Assembly (NCBI GenBank): GCA_963663765.2
Contig: CAXXUA010000005.1
Location: forward strand, 672,001 to 736,000
From: Candidatus Poribacteria bacterium
GTDB taxonomy: Bacteria > Poribacteria > WGA-4E > WGA-3G
Direction: 5' to 3'
Length of the DNA stretch: 64,000 nt
Program-made: the position numbers and the translations under genes
Notes under the pieces: generated by a model
The model's database searches: none
Told to the model about the DNA's origin: nothing
Seen by the model: the letters and a program-made list of their open reading frames with translations, nothing else
Shown: positions 40,720-51,164 of the stretch, piece after piece
Layout: the number at the start of each line of letters is the position of its first letter
Position numbering within the stretch: the stretch's first letter is position 1

Positions 40720-41676
40720 ATGAAAAAATATAGACTGAGATGTAGTTATATACTGTTCATAATCCTTGTCCTCACCCCGTCAACTTTTGCAGCATACAAT
40801 GACATCGGTGTTGGGGCGCGTCCATTGGGTCTTGGCGGTGCATTTGTCGCACTCGCTGATGATACCAACGCTACGCATTATAACGCCGCAGGCTTAGCCT
40901 ATATTGATAAAATACAGTTCGGTGCTACTTATGCACAACGATTTAACGGACTCGTTAACTATAACACCATTGGTGGCATAATCCCTATTGGAGGATTGGG
41001 AACTATCGGGGCTAATATCGGTTGGCTTACGGAAGACTCTGAGGTATATGAGGAGCGAACAATACGGATTTCTTACGGACGCACCCTCATAAGACAGTTG
41101 GGACTTGGACTTAACCTGAAACTATTTGGCACTACGTTTGATGAAGCAAACGAGTTTGTCATAGAGAATCCGTATTTTGCTCAAACATCAAGTTCTGCTG
41201 TTTCACTTGATCTTGGTCTTTTGGCAAAGCCGATCAACAGTCTCAGCATCGGTGTAGCGGTGGAGAATATACTCCCAGTAGACGTAAGTATTTCAGAGAC
41301 AGAAACAGACACAGTCCCAATGAACATCCGAGCAGGGATTGTATACAACCTTGAATCCATTGCAGAAATGAGCACACAGGGGTCAGCAATCACGAACTTA
41401 TTGAAAGGTACTATAGTTGCCGTTGAAGTGGTGTCCCGCGATAGTGAAATATATACACGTTTAGGCTTAGAGATGTGGATGAACAATGCCATCGGAGTTC
41501 GCGGTGGGTATGGAATGAATAATAGTGGTAATCCAGCGACAACCCTAAGCCTTGGTGGTAGTGCCAAGATACCCATCAGCAGTACAACATTCCAACTGGA
41601 TTATGGCTTCCAGTTATTAACTGGTGACTTGCAGGACAACACAACACAACGATTTTCAGTTAATCTCTTGTTCTGA
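40720..41676 (+). CDS. PorV/PorQ (UPF0164)-like outer-membrane beta-barrel protein
   Basis: GVGARPLGLGGAFVALADD...HYNAAGLA; C-terminal F. Confidence 0.8.
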   Translation: MKKYRLRCSYILFIILVLTPSTFAAYNDIGVGARPLGLGGAFVALADDTNATHYNAAGLAYIDKIQFGATYAQRFNGLVNYNTIGGIIPIGGLGTIGANIGWLTEDSEVYEERTIRISYGRTLIRQLGLGLNLKLFGTTFDEANEFVIENPYFAQTSSSAVSLDLGLLAKPINSLSIGVAVENILPVDVSISETETDTVPMNIRAGIVYNLESIAEMSTQGSAITNLLKGTIVAVEVVSRDSEIYTRLGLEMWMNNAIGVRGGYGMNNSGNPATTLSLGGSAKIPISSTTFQLDYGFQLLTGDLQDNTTQRFSVNLLF

Positions 41677-41756
41677 TGGCGGAATAAATCGTTATACGTG
41701 TTGCATGAAACCTCATTGTGCATTATAGGAAATGAAACTGTTCTACCAACCCACGA

Positions 41757-42989
41757 ATGCAAAAATCCAGACTCCTCCTGCTGTTCTTAACCCTATTTTT
41801 TGTAATGCTTGGTTTTGGTATAATAATTCCAAACCTCGCTTATTACGCAGAAGATATCGGTGCAACGCCAACTAAAATCGCTCTATTGCTATCTATCTAT
41901 TCTGGCATGCAACTGCTGTTTGCACCCATCTGGGGTAGATTGTCAGACAGATATGGTAGGAAACCAGCGATTCTGTTAGGACTACTTGGGAATGCTCTTG
42001 CTTTAGCAGCTTTCGGTTTAGCAAAAGATTACACTTCGCTTTTCATAGCACGTAGTGCTGCAGGTATCGCTTCGGCAGCTGTGTTACCGAGTGTGATGGC
42101 GTATGTCGCTGATGTTACCAACACAGAGGAACGCGGCAAAGGTATGGGGTTGATGGGAGCAGCCATGGGACTCGGGTTCATCCTCGGACCAGGTATTGGT
42201 GGGATAATGGGGCGACATGATTTACCATTCTTTGTCGCAGGAGGATTGTCATTCTTAACCTTCCTCTTTGTGTTATCACTTCTACCAGAATCACTACAGA
42301 AAGATGCCGAGGCAGCACATCACGCATGGGTTTCTCCACGCCAACTAATCCAGCAAACAACATTGAAATCCCCGCTTATCCCACTTTTTCTTGTTGCCTT
42401 TTTTACCACATTCAGTTTCGCAGGAGTGGAGGCGACGTTTCCACTGTTCATCAAAAAAGGTTGGGGGTATGAACAGCAGCAGATGGGATGGATGTTTATG
42501 GTCATGGGAGTGATAGTTGTACCACTTCAAGGTGGATTTCTCGGTATGTTAATAAACAAGCTTGGAGAGCGGCGTATTATCATCACAGGGCTGTTATTGA
42601 ATGCTCTCGGTATGGTGCTTTTGCTCTATGCGTTTTCATTTTGGACGTTAACAGTGTATCTAACAATTACTGGTATCGGTAATCAATTGATACGTCCGAC
42701 AAATACATCATGGATTTCTAAACAGACCCGAATTGGGCAAGGTGCAGCTATCGGTATAATGGATGCATTCTTAAGTTTGGGACGAGTCTTAGGACCACTT
42801 CTTGGAGGTTGGTTATATGAAACATCTGTCCATCCTGGATTTGTCAAGACGATGTTCGGAGTAATTCTTGACGGTAATTTCTATGGTAATAATGCCTATT
42901 CTTATGCAGTTCTGGCAGTGATCTTGGTGATTGCAACTGTATGTCTGTATGTCCCTTTGCGGCGGGTTGAACAAGGAACATCCACATAG
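41757..42989 (+). CDS. MFS transporter (TetA-like DHA1)
   Basis: WGRLSDRYGRKP motif A, GFILGPGIGG motif C. Confidence 0.93.
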   Translation: MQKSRLLLLFLTLFFVMLGFGIIIPNLAYYAEDIGATPTKIALLLSIYSGMQLLFAPIWGRLSDRYGRKPAILLGLLGNALALAAFGLAKDYTSLFIARSAAGIASAAVLPSVMAYVADVTNTEERGKGMGLMGAAMGLGFILGPGIGGIMGRHDLPFFVAGGLSFLTFLFVLSLLPESLQKDAEAAHHAWVSPRQLIQQTTLKSPLIPLFLVAFFTTFSFAGVEATFPLFIKKGWGYEQQQMGWMFMVMGVIVVPLQGGFLGMLINKLGERRIIITGLLLNALGMVLLLYAFSFWTLTVYLTITGIGNQLIRPTNTSWISKQTRIGQGAAIGIMDAFLSLGRVLGPLLGGWLYETSVHPGFVKTMFGVILDGNFYGNNAYSYAVLAVILVIATVCLYVPLRRVEQGTST

Positions 42990-43315
42990 GTGTCAACTTA
43001 AGAAAATATTGTTTGCATTTTCTCTTGTGGAAGGGGTTTTCAACCCCGATTTGAGCGGAAATGCACTAAAAAATCGGGGTTGAAAACCCCTCCCACAAGA
43101 GGTTAAATCCTTAAGTTGACACCTATGGGGTTGAAAACCCCTCCCACAAGAGGTTAAATCCTTAAGTTAACACCTAATGAAGTTTGACAATCAAAATCGA
43201 TAGTTGAATTCGTAGGGGTTGGGTTCCCCAACCCCTTTGGTTTTTGAGTTTGCGTAGATCATGTGTGGCAACCACGCCCCTACGAATACACAACTTGAAC
43301 GTCAAAACTCATTAG
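42985..43315. mobile_element. composite of two MITE types with REP cargo
   Basis: CATAGGTGTCAACTTAAG TIR pair (42985-43127) plus CTAATGA(A/G)(G/T)TTTGAC pair; flanked by a 19-20 bp direct repeat. Confidence 0.7.
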
Positions 43316-43363
43316 GTTGAACAAGGAACATCCATAACGGAGCATGAAGTTCAATTTAAAACC

Positions 43364-46300
43364 TCAGTATGGACTCACACTGTTCTTGTCTGTTGACAAA
43401 GGTGGTAGATGGTGTTTCACGCGGCGTGTGTTGTATTTCAGTTGGTATTGTTGATGTTCTTTGTCATCTGGATACTGTTCAGCCTTTGGATATGGATATG
43501 CAGACATGCCGTGGAAAGGCAAAGGTTTAACCGTTTGTGATGTTAACGTGTTTATATCTCCATCTTTGTCCCACCCATCACTGTATAGGATGAAGTCCCG
43601 AATCCAACCCTGTTTGAGTGTGGGAAGTCGTGAAGCGTCAAATTCAACCGTGATTTCATCTCCAGCATTGAGAATGACATACATGTCATCAACCTTTTGC
43701 AGTAATGGATTGACATCTCCGAAACGTGTGTAAAATCCTTCAAGATCGCGCCATAGTTTGTCTTTTGTAACCTTTTGATAGTCAAATAGATGTGGTGCAT
43801 GTGAGTTTGGACGGTACATTTGAGAAAAACCACGGTAGTGTAGGTCAGCACTATCGGGATTCAACTCTGTGATTTGCATCGGTACATCCTGTTTGCCCAC
43901 AGTGAAAAATGCGGCATCCCAATATATTTGCATATATGTTTCAATCCGAACGTGTCTGTCATCAGACAAAAACTTATCTGTCAGATCAATAACAATAGTT
44001 TTGTTTTTTCCTGCGGGAATGCCAATCATATCAATGACGGTTTTCCACTTATCATCTTTGTCCTTCACTGAAACTGAAGGGAACTGCGGATTTATTCCCG
44101 GATTTTGTGATAGTGCTACATTGATACTGGTATCAGTAGGAAAAATCCAACCGTTGAGGTAAAGTATCACAGGTGCTTTGTCAGGAATATCGCCAAGATC
44201 AAGGCCAAGGACAATAGCATGCTTATCCACAACCCCTTGGTAGGGACCTGGCGCATGTTCAATAGCGTATTGATAATCCACTTTTTGTAAGGCATCAGAG
44301 ATGTCATTACCGAGATGGTCTGTTGCAGAAGTTGGGTATCGTTTTTGAGCCACTCCATATATCTTGAAATCAGCAAACGGTGGAGGAGAGTACTGTTCGT
44401 TGACGAAAATATCGGTGTCGGTAGGATGGTCAACTGCTATTAGTTTTACCATATCAAAATATGCTGTTTCCCACAGCTCCTCAGTAATCTGAATAGAATA
44501 CTTGCCGTCTTTTGGTTTCATTTGGGATGCGGATATTCGGATGAAATCCCTTGACTCATCAGGGGCAACAAACCCCATAGATGTGATCAAACCGAGTGGG
44601 GCGCGCCACAGTAGGTCGGTGACAAATTGGTAGTTTTCTCCGTCATAGACATATAGAAACGGACATGACCCTTTCAGTATCTGTTTCTCCTGAATACGTT
44701 GTTTTGCCTTCGGTTCTATTACGTTCTGTGGAACACCGTTTGTCCACACAACACGTACAACATCTGCTGAGTCATGTTGTCCTAATCCGAAATGTGCTAC
44801 CTGTTGTGATGAATACTGCAATTGATAAAGATCACTCACTTTTACCTCAAGTTTTGACCCAATTCCATTCCTATTCACTTTGTTATTGCCAGTTGTGATT
44901 CCTTCTAATTGTATCTGTATCCAGTTGTTCAGATTACCACCGTTGTTCTGGAGTGCGTGTAGTTGTCCGTTGTTGACATAGAATAGGTCTAAATCCCCGT
45001 CGTTGTCGTAATCCGCAACGGCACCTGCTGTGCCGTTTTTCATCTGTGCATCAATTTTTATGATCTCACTGGTATCCGAGAATCTTCCCGTACCGTCGTT
45101 ACGAAATAGGTATAATCCTTGTTTGTTGATGATGATTATGTCCAAAAATCCATCATTATCATAGTCAAAAATTTTTAATATCGTGGAGGAGTCGTAACCT
45201 CTGCTTTCAAGCTGCTCGCTTGAACGTGTGTCGGGGAGAAAAGTACCGTCACCCCTATTACGGAATAGGTCTATACCGGATGCTGTGGCAAAAATCAGGT
45301 CTATGTTGCTATCATTGTCATAATCCGCTGAAGCAACTGCAGAATAGGGTATCCTTTGATAGATTCCTGTTTCGGTTGTCATCGCACGTAGTTTCCCTTG
45401 ACGTAGGTTATCGTATAATGTGCATCCTGTTCCCTTATGTATTGCCAATATATCAATATCACCGTCATCGTCAAAGTCCGCAGCGATAGCATCTTTGTGG
45501 GGCTGCTGAGACTGCAGGTTTTCCTTTTTCAACACAAAAGTTTGTTCGGTTACATCAAGGAAGGTGCCATCTCCGTTATTGCGATACATTGACATGCCAG
45601 ATTGTCCAGAAAAAAGATCAAGGTCACCATCGTGGTCATAATCAATAGGCAGCATGAAAGAAGTATCATCCGTTGGTTGTTCATGTTGAATTAGGGTAGT
45701 TGCTACCCATTGCTGGTTAGCATCTGTGCAGAGATAAGTAATTCCGTTTTGCGTCTGTATAATGAAATCTTGTGTGCCATTTTTGTCCAAATCCGCAAAG
45801 GCAACGGTGTGTGGTATTGCAAAAAGTTGCCTTGCTTTCTCCTGAAAACTCTTGACTGGTGTGTACTTTCCATCATCATGTTCAAGGAGTATCCCCGTTG
45901 TTGTAAAAATGTCAACGTTACCGTCATTGTTGTAGTCAAGTAATGAAACGGTCATATTATCTACTGAGGCACTTCGTATATCAGATAGACCGAGTTGTTC
46001 GGTGCTGTCTATAAATTCTACGTCAATTGGTGGGGTGTGTTTTGCGTTTAAACGTGCTTTGAATCCGTGCCGAAACGCTTCTATCGGATGTCCAAGTATA
46101 TCGGTCACCAGTTCACCGATTCCTTGTTGATAACGTGGACTTGCGCGATGCAAGTTCTCAAATATGCGTATATTTCGCGAGGCAATATTAAGATCATTTT
46201 GCTTTATAGCGTGAATTCCTTGTGTGAGATACGCTAACTTTTCTGGGTCGGTATCTCCTAATAGAATCGTTAGTTCCTGACAATGTTTTTCTGCTGTTTG

Positions 46301-46891
46301 AAGTTGTCCTTGACCAAGTAAAGCTTGTGCTAACTTCAATAGGATTACGATGTTTACGGGTGAACGGCTATAGAGTGCTTGTAAGTGTTGAACTGCTTGC
46401 TGTTGTGCGTCTGTATTGTTCCGTTGTCCGAGGTAGTGGCGGACGAGTTTGTATCGGAATTCCAAGTTGTCGGGTGATAGCCGTACTGCCTCCTTCATTG
46501 CTTCTACCGCTTGTTCGGTTTGCCCTTTTAGCAGATATACCTCAGACATTATGAAATGCAGCTGACTGTTCATGGGTGCGACATTTATGCCGCGCTTTAC
46601 CCATTCTTCAGCGGTGTCCGCTTGCTGTAATCGAATGTGTGCTACGGTAATGTTGCCGTAACCAATTGCCTCATCAGGAAGTAGATCAACAAGTGCAGTA
46701 AATTCTGTGAGTGCTTTTATGGGTTGTGATTCTTCAAGGTATGCTAATCCCAAGTTTTGATGCCGAATTGCTTCTCTGATAGTTATATCAGTGTCTGTTT
46801 CTTGTGTGATTGCATTAAGCAGAATGAAGAAAAAAAACGTGAATATGAGGAGATACAAGCAGTTTTTGGGTTGGAATAAACGGGAAAGCAT
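43364..46891 (-). CDS. TPR + FG-GAP/VCBS + ASPIC/UnbV (CRTAC1-like) protein
   Basis: N-terminal TPRs, repeated DYDNDGDLD motifs, NRNGIGSK..HFGLG..VVWTNG, GSCPFLY C-terminal domain. Confidence 0.88.
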   Translation of the reverse strand: MLSRLFQPKNCLYLLIFTFFFFILLNAITQETDTDITIREAIRHQNLGLAYLEESQPIKALTEFTALVDLLPDEAIGYGNITVAHIRLQQADTAEEWVKRGINVAPMNSQLHFIMSEVYLLKGQTEQAVEAMKEAVRLSPDNLEFRYKLVRHYLGQRNNTDAQQQAVQHLQALYSRSPVNIVILLKLAQALLGQGQLQTAEKHCQELTILLGDTDPEKLAYLTQGIHAIKQNDLNIASRNIRIFENLHRASPRYQQGIGELVTDILGHPIEAFRHGFKARLNAKHTPPIDVEFIDSTEQLGLSDIRSASVDNMTVSLLDYNNDGNVDIFTTTGILLEHDDGKYTPVKSFQEKARQLFAIPHTVAFADLDKNGTQDFIIQTQNGITYLCTDANQQWVATTLIQHEQPTDDTSFMLPIDYDHDGDLDLFSGQSGMSMYRNNGDGTFLDVTEQTFVLKKENLQSQQPHKDAIAADFDDDGDIDILAIHKGTGCTLYDNLRQGKLRAMTTETGIYQRIPYSAVASADYDNDSNIDLIFATASGIDLFRNRGDGTFLPDTRSSEQLESRGYDSSTILKIFDYDNDGFLDIIIINKQGLYLFRNDGTGRFSDTSEIIKIDAQMKNGTAGAVADYDNDGDLDLFYVNNGQLHALQNNGGNLNNWIQIQLEGITTGNNKVNRNGIGSKLEVKVSDLYQLQYSSQQVAHFGLGQHDSADVVRVVWTNGVPQNVIEPKAKQRIQEKQILKGSCPFLYVYDGENYQFVTDLLWRAPLGLITSMGFVAPDESRDFIRISASQMKPKDGKYSIQITEELWETAYFDMVKLIAVDHPTDTDIFVNEQYSPPPFADFKIYGVAQKRYPTSATDHLGNDISDALQKVDYQYAIEHAPGPYQGVVDKHAIVLGLDLGDIPDKAPVILYLNGWIFPTDTSINVALSQNPGINPQFPSVSVKDKDDKWKTVIDMIGIPAGKNKTIVIDLTDKFLSDDRHVRIETYMQIYWDAAFFTVGKQDVPMQITELNPDSADLHYRGFSQMYRPNSHAPHLFDYQKVTKDKLWRDLEGFYTRFGDVNPLLQKVDDMYVILNAGDEITVEFDASRLPTLKQGWIRDFILYSDGWDKDGDINTLTSQTVKPLPFHGMSAYPYPKAEQYPDDKEHQQYQLKYNTRRVKHHLPPLSTDKNSVSPY

Positions 46892-46897
46892 TGATGC

Positions 46898-47158
46898 TTA
46901 TGCCTCTGGTTCTTTAAAGGATTCAGCGGATTTCAGAATGGCTTGTTTGAGTGCTTTTAGTCGAACTCCCAGTGAATCTTCCACTTGTTTTAGATGGAGC
47001 AGCCACGATTCTTTGGAGTCACCTTCTTCAGTACCAAAACTGTTTGTCATTGACAGTCGGAGGTATTTTAGACGTTCCGATTGCAAAATTTTCATTTGGT
47101 CATCGTAGTCTTCAATGCCTGATTCTAACAGGGTTGCGAGTTCTCGTATCTGTTCCAT
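46898..47158 (-). CDS. hypothetical coiled-coil protein
   Basis: 86-aa ORF ending 7 nt before the next gene, same strand. Confidence 0.65.
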   Translation of the reverse strand: MEQIRELATLLESGIEDYDDQMKILQSERLKYLRLSMTNSFGTEEGDSKESWLLHLKQVEDSLGVRLKALKQAILKSAESFKEPEA

Positions 47159-47259
47159 AGTGTAATCCTAATTCTGGTAATTACTGTTTTTGTCACGACC
47201 AAGAGGTTGCTCCTACCAATAATGTCTTAAAAAGTTTCTATAGTTCAGTTTAGTTTTAG

Positions 47260-47297
47260 GTTCTTGTAGGAGGTTTGTGATGTCCTCCTACAAGAAC
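47260..47297. terminator. hairpin downstream of 47316-47909 (terminator or REP)
   Basis: GTTCTTGTAGGAGG-loop-CCTCCTACAAGAAC. Confidence 0.55.
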
Positions 47298-47315
47298 TTG
47301 TGACAGAGTTGTCGT

Positions 47316-47909
47316 TTATTTTTGACTTTTTAATGAGCCCCATGTGGTAGTGATTTTTCCGTTCGGTTCAACAGGTGTTGGCGGATCACCGATTGTTTTT
47401 CGGAAATAAACATCATCGGCAACATCGTTGGGACCTGCCCAAATCCAGAATGCGCTTGAATCCGGATCTGTCAGGGATGCACTTGCTCCAGTGCCCCAGG
47501 CACCTTGGCCGAATGGGGCGAGTTCGATCGCGTTTTCCCAACCACTATCGTCAAAATTAATAGTTTCCCATCCGTCGTCTCGATCTGCAATTAGCACGCC
47601 AGCATTTGACTTCCATGTGTCATCTGATGGTATATAGGTACCGTCGTCAAGAATGACATCAATCAGTGCACCGCCGATCCCTGTTGCACCGGGTTCCAAG
47701 TCGTGGACATAAACTGCAATGACAGCATAACCATCGGGCATCTCAAATTCTGTGACGGAGGCGTTCTGCCAATTATCTCCCGTAGCAACCTGTTCACCGT
47801 TGATGAATCCGACCCAAGAGTTATCGCCATTAATACGAAGTTTTGCTGCCCATAGCGTTGATGCGGTGAGACATAAGACAAAAATTGCGAAAACCAAAGA
47901 TTTTTTCAT
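47316..47909 (-). CDS. secreted beta-sandwich protein with TTWG tail
   Basis: Signal peptide; GDNSWVGFING, GWETINFDDSGW; ends KITTTWGSLKSQK. Confidence 0.75.
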   Translation of the reverse strand: MKKSLVFAIFVLCLTASTLWAAKLRINGDNSWVGFINGEQVATGDNWQNASVTEFEMPDGYAVIAVYVHDLEPGATGIGGALIDVILDDGTYIPSDDTWKSNAGVLIADRDDGWETINFDDSGWENAIELAPFGQGAWGTGASASLTDPDSSAFWIWAGPNDVADDVYFRKTIGDPPTPVEPNGKITTTWGSLKSQK

Positions 47910-47975
47910 GTTATTCTCCTTATTTATAAATATAATAGATAATGTAGTAGGTTACATTGCCTACCACTTAGAAAA

Positions 47976-48623
47976 TTATTGAATGTTTCTTTTGATACTT
48001 GCCCACGAAGTCGTGAGCTTACCTTTTGGTTCAACCGGATATTGACCGATAGTATAGCGGAAGTAGATATCGTCTTCCACGTTGTTTGGACCACACCAGA
48101 CCCAATTTGCTGTACAATCTGGATTATTAAAAACTGTTTTCATATTATCTGTGCCACCTGCCCAAGCACCACCACCAAATTTTTGATAAAGTTGGAGTTC
48201 GGTCTCCCAATCACTATCATCGAAATCAATTTTTTCCCAACCATCGTTTCGATCAGCAAGAAGTATGCCAGAATCACATCGCCAACCGTCTTCGCCAGTG
48301 GCGATGTAGTTAGGTTCGTCATCAAGCACGATATCAGCGAGGAAACCACCAACACCTTGACCGCCAGGTTCGGCATCATGAACATAAACTGCGATCACCG
48401 CAAAACCGTTGTCCAGAGTGAACTCGCTTGCAGTGGGTTGATCCCAGTGAATATGTTCCGCTACCTTTTCTCCGTTTACGTAAGCGACCCAAGTGTTATC
48501 TCCGCTAATACGCAATGTTCCTTTTTTCGGTTCGGCGTTTGAGTTATGTATGAGAATTAAGCTACATAATAAAAATATGGCAGTTAAACATGCCATTATA
48601 CGAGTGTTCATAAATACCTCCAT
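47976..48623 (-). CDS. paralogous secreted beta-sandwich protein with TSWA tail
   Basis: Aligns with the neighbour throughout; ends KLTTSWASIKRNIQ. Confidence 0.75.
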   Translation of the reverse strand: MEVFMNTRIMACLTAIFLLCSLILIHNSNAEPKKGTLRISGDNTWVAYVNGEKVAEHIHWDQPTASEFTLDNGFAVIAVYVHDAEPGGQGVGGFLADIVLDDEPNYIATGEDGWRCDSGILLADRNDGWEKIDFDDSDWETELQLYQKFGGGAWAGGTDNMKTVFNNPDCTANWVWCGPNNVEDDIYFRYTIGQYPVEPKGKLTTSWASIKRNIQ

Positions 48624-48762
48624 TTTATTTACTTAAGGGGACAATTCAAGATAGTCCACCGATTTATATTGTATATGGATATACGTTTGATTTCATCTTC
48701 AAGATAAAGCAACGGTTTTGTAGTGAGAAAGCCGTTGCTAATTTAACAATTCAGTTTTAAAT

Positions 48763-48884
48763 CAGGACTTACGAAAAAAAGGTAGGCGTGCTTTGTAAGC
48801 GCGCTGGAAACCCATAAAAACGCTGATAATTGCATCATTTTCATCATAATTCTTGATTATATCAAGAAAACTGCGTAAGTCCTG
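48763..48884. mobile_element. MITE, CAGGACTTACG family
   Basis: 122 bp, near-identical to 26782-26903. Confidence 0.88.
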
Positions 48885-49661
48885 TTAAAATAGTGATGGA
48901 AAGTGTCTATATGGGTCCGCTGGTTCACGGAACAGAATTTTTTGTCGTTCAGTTAATTCTATATCCTTTGGTTGTGCGACACGTCTCGAAGTCCACGCCA
49001 CGTGTGAAACACAGTATTTATATAATAGTGAACGCCTCTGATGTCTTCCGTTCCATGCGGCAGTACCGTGTGTGAGTGCTTCACTGAATAGGATTGCAGA
49101 ACCTGCTGCTGCATTTGGGATGATGACACATGGTGCTTTTTCGGGTGCGGCAGCTATCTCCTGTGGGAGTTTGTAATTGCTTTTGTGGCTACCCGGAATA
49201 CAGCAAAATCCTCCGTGTTCTGGTCCTGTATCAGCGAGGTTCCATGCTACGACGACAAATCCGTTGTGTATTTCGTTATCTCTAAAAGGGAAATACTCCC
49301 CGGGCTGTGCTTTTGATGTCGGTGATGTTGCACCGTAGTCTGCGTGTAGTCCACCCCTTCGCATTCCGTTGCTCATATACATGCCGTAAATACGGTCAAG
49401 TCGAAAACAGTCTCCTAATCGGAAACGTAGAATATCCATGGTTTTTGGATGATCCAACAGTGAGCAAAATGATTTTCCCCATTGCAAAAAACCTGATCCG
49501 TCAGGTGCACTTCCAAATCTTTGCACTTTTCCGGGTGTAGGGAGGTTTTGTTCATCAATTCGTTCATTGAGTTCAGCTACTTCATCCGAATCTAAGACAT
49601 TTTCAACAACTAAATAACCTTGTACGTCAAAGAGGTATTGTTGTATCTGTAAGTCACTCAT
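48885..49661 (-). CDS. PhyH-family dioxygenase
   Basis: FDVQGYLVV, LHAD, PGSHKSNY, AGSAILFSEALTHG. Confidence 0.9.
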   Translation of the reverse strand: MSDLQIQQYLFDVQGYLVVENVLDSDEVAELNERIDEQNLPTPGKVQRFGSAPDGSGFLQWGKSFCSLLDHPKTMDILRFRLGDCFRLDRIYGMYMSNGMRRGGLHADYGATSPTSKAQPGEYFPFRDNEIHNGFVVVAWNLADTGPEHGGFCCIPGSHKSNYKLPQEIAAAPEKAPCVIIPNAAAGSAILFSEALTHGTAAWNGRHQRRSLLYKYCVSHVAWTSRRVAQPKDIELTERQKILFREPADPYRHFPSLF

Positions 49662-49704
49662 AGATATGTTATCCTAATTATATAGAACTCGGAGCAGTAT
49701 TGTG

Positions 49705-50625
49705 CTAAGATTTCAACTCGTCAATATCCTTTTTATCAATATCCTTCAGTGCGATTTTTCCTGCAAGGTCTGCGACGAACTGAAATGCGACTCGTCCGGA
49801 ACGACCACTGGCGGTTGCTTCCCATTCTAACGCTGCACGATGCAATTCCTCGGTTGGCACAGAGAGTCCCTGTTTTTGTGCGTAATGTGAAACAATTTGC
49901 AAATATGTCTTCTGCGAAATCCGATAAAATGCAATGCGTAATCCGAAACGGTCACTTAGCGAAACTTTCTCCTCTGTTGCTTCACGCGGATAGAGTTCAT
50001 CTTCATCGTTCTGTGGAAACCTATTTTCACTTACCAGTCGCGGCATCAAATGGCGACGGTTTGACGTTGCATAAATCAGCACGTTCTCTGGTTGTGCGGC
50101 AATTCCTCCTTCTAACATCGCTTTCAGTTCACGATATTCAGGTTCATCTTCGTTAAAAGCGAGGTCATCACAGAAAAGCAGGTAACGTTCGGGACGTTCC
50201 CATAACACTTCTGTTATCTCATGGAGATATGCCAATCCCTCTTTTTCAATGCTGATTAGTCGTAGTCCTTCATCGGCATATCGATTCAGCATTGCCTTGA
50301 CGAGAGAAGATTTACCAGTGCCGCGGTCTCCCCACAAAAGTGCATGGTTTGCAGGTGCTTTATGCAAAAACTGGCGAGTGTTCCTATCCAGTGCCTTGAT
50401 CTGTGCGTCAATTCCAATTAAATCTGTTGTATCAACAAGATGTGGATATTTGACAGGTACGATCTGTCCTGTCCCATTTTGGGGACACCACCGAAAAGCA
50501 AAATAATCGTCAAGCACGCCATTCAGTGATTGCGTTGATGGCGTCTGCCATCGGTTTAACAGATCATCCGCTTTTTCCAGTAGTTCTCTAATGAGTTCTT
50601 CTTGATTTCGTTGTTTTTCTGTCAT
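49705..50625 (-). CDS. DUF815 AAA+ ATPase
   Basis: LLWGDRGTGKSS, LFCDDLAF, YATSNRRHL, SLSDRFGL, RSGR. Confidence 0.92.
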   Translation of the reverse strand: MTEKQRNQEELIRELLEKADDLLNRWQTPSTQSLNGVLDDYFAFRWCPQNGTGQIVPVKYPHLVDTTDLIGIDAQIKALDRNTRQFLHKAPANHALLWGDRGTGKSSLVKAMLNRYADEGLRLISIEKEGLAYLHEITEVLWERPERYLLFCDDLAFNEDEPEYRELKAMLEGGIAAQPENVLIYATSNRRHLMPRLVSENRFPQNDEDELYPREATEEKVSLSDRFGLRIAFYRISQKTYLQIVSHYAQKQGLSVPTEELHRAALEWEATASGRSGRVAFQFVADLAGKIALKDIDKKDIDELKS

Positions 50626-50687
50626 TATTGATAATTTGCAACACACAAAAATTTGAATATCGCACAAAAAATGAATTTGTTTTGTTC

Positions 50688-50870
50688 TTATTCTTCAGAT
50701 TGTTTGAAAATCCTTTTTAATCTATATTCAATTTTCGGATCACTGGTAATATCTTTTAACACCCACTTCAAACCCCATCTGATTCCCCATGCAACTCCTA
50801 AGGCAATCGTAGTTACAACTAAAAAGAAAAGGAATATTACCATCAATAGTTCAATTAGACCTGGTCCCAT
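50688..50870 (-). CDS. small membrane protein
   Basis: AGGAG RBS; one hydrophobic helix. Confidence 0.6.
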   Translation of the reverse strand: MGPGLIELLMVIFLFFLVVTTIALGVAWGIRWGLKWVLKDITSDPKIEYRLKRIFKQSEE

Positions 50871-50906
50871 AGTAAACTCCTTAATTTAAAAGTCATTTAA
50901 ACCTTA

Positions 50907-51098
50907 CAGGACTTTCGCACCCAACGGTAGGCGCGCTTTGTAGGCGGGGAATGCCAAAAGGCATTCATACCCGGGGAATGCCAAAAGGCATTCATACCGT
51001 TGATTTCTTGATTTGGCGCTGGAAACCGAAAAAATGCTGAAAATTACACCATTTTTGTCATAATTCTTCATAAAATCATGAAAACTGCGTAAGTCCTG
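50907..51098. mobile_element. MITE, CAGGACTT family, with nested B[B] micro-elements
   Basis: CCTTA 5-bp TSD; 70-nt insertion at 50946-51015 relative to 26782-26903. Confidence 0.88.
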
Positions 51099-51164
51099 CC
51101 TTATAGTCGCGTCTTTCAAATAGTATAACATTCAGTTTTCTTCTCGTCAATAAAATAATTTGGT

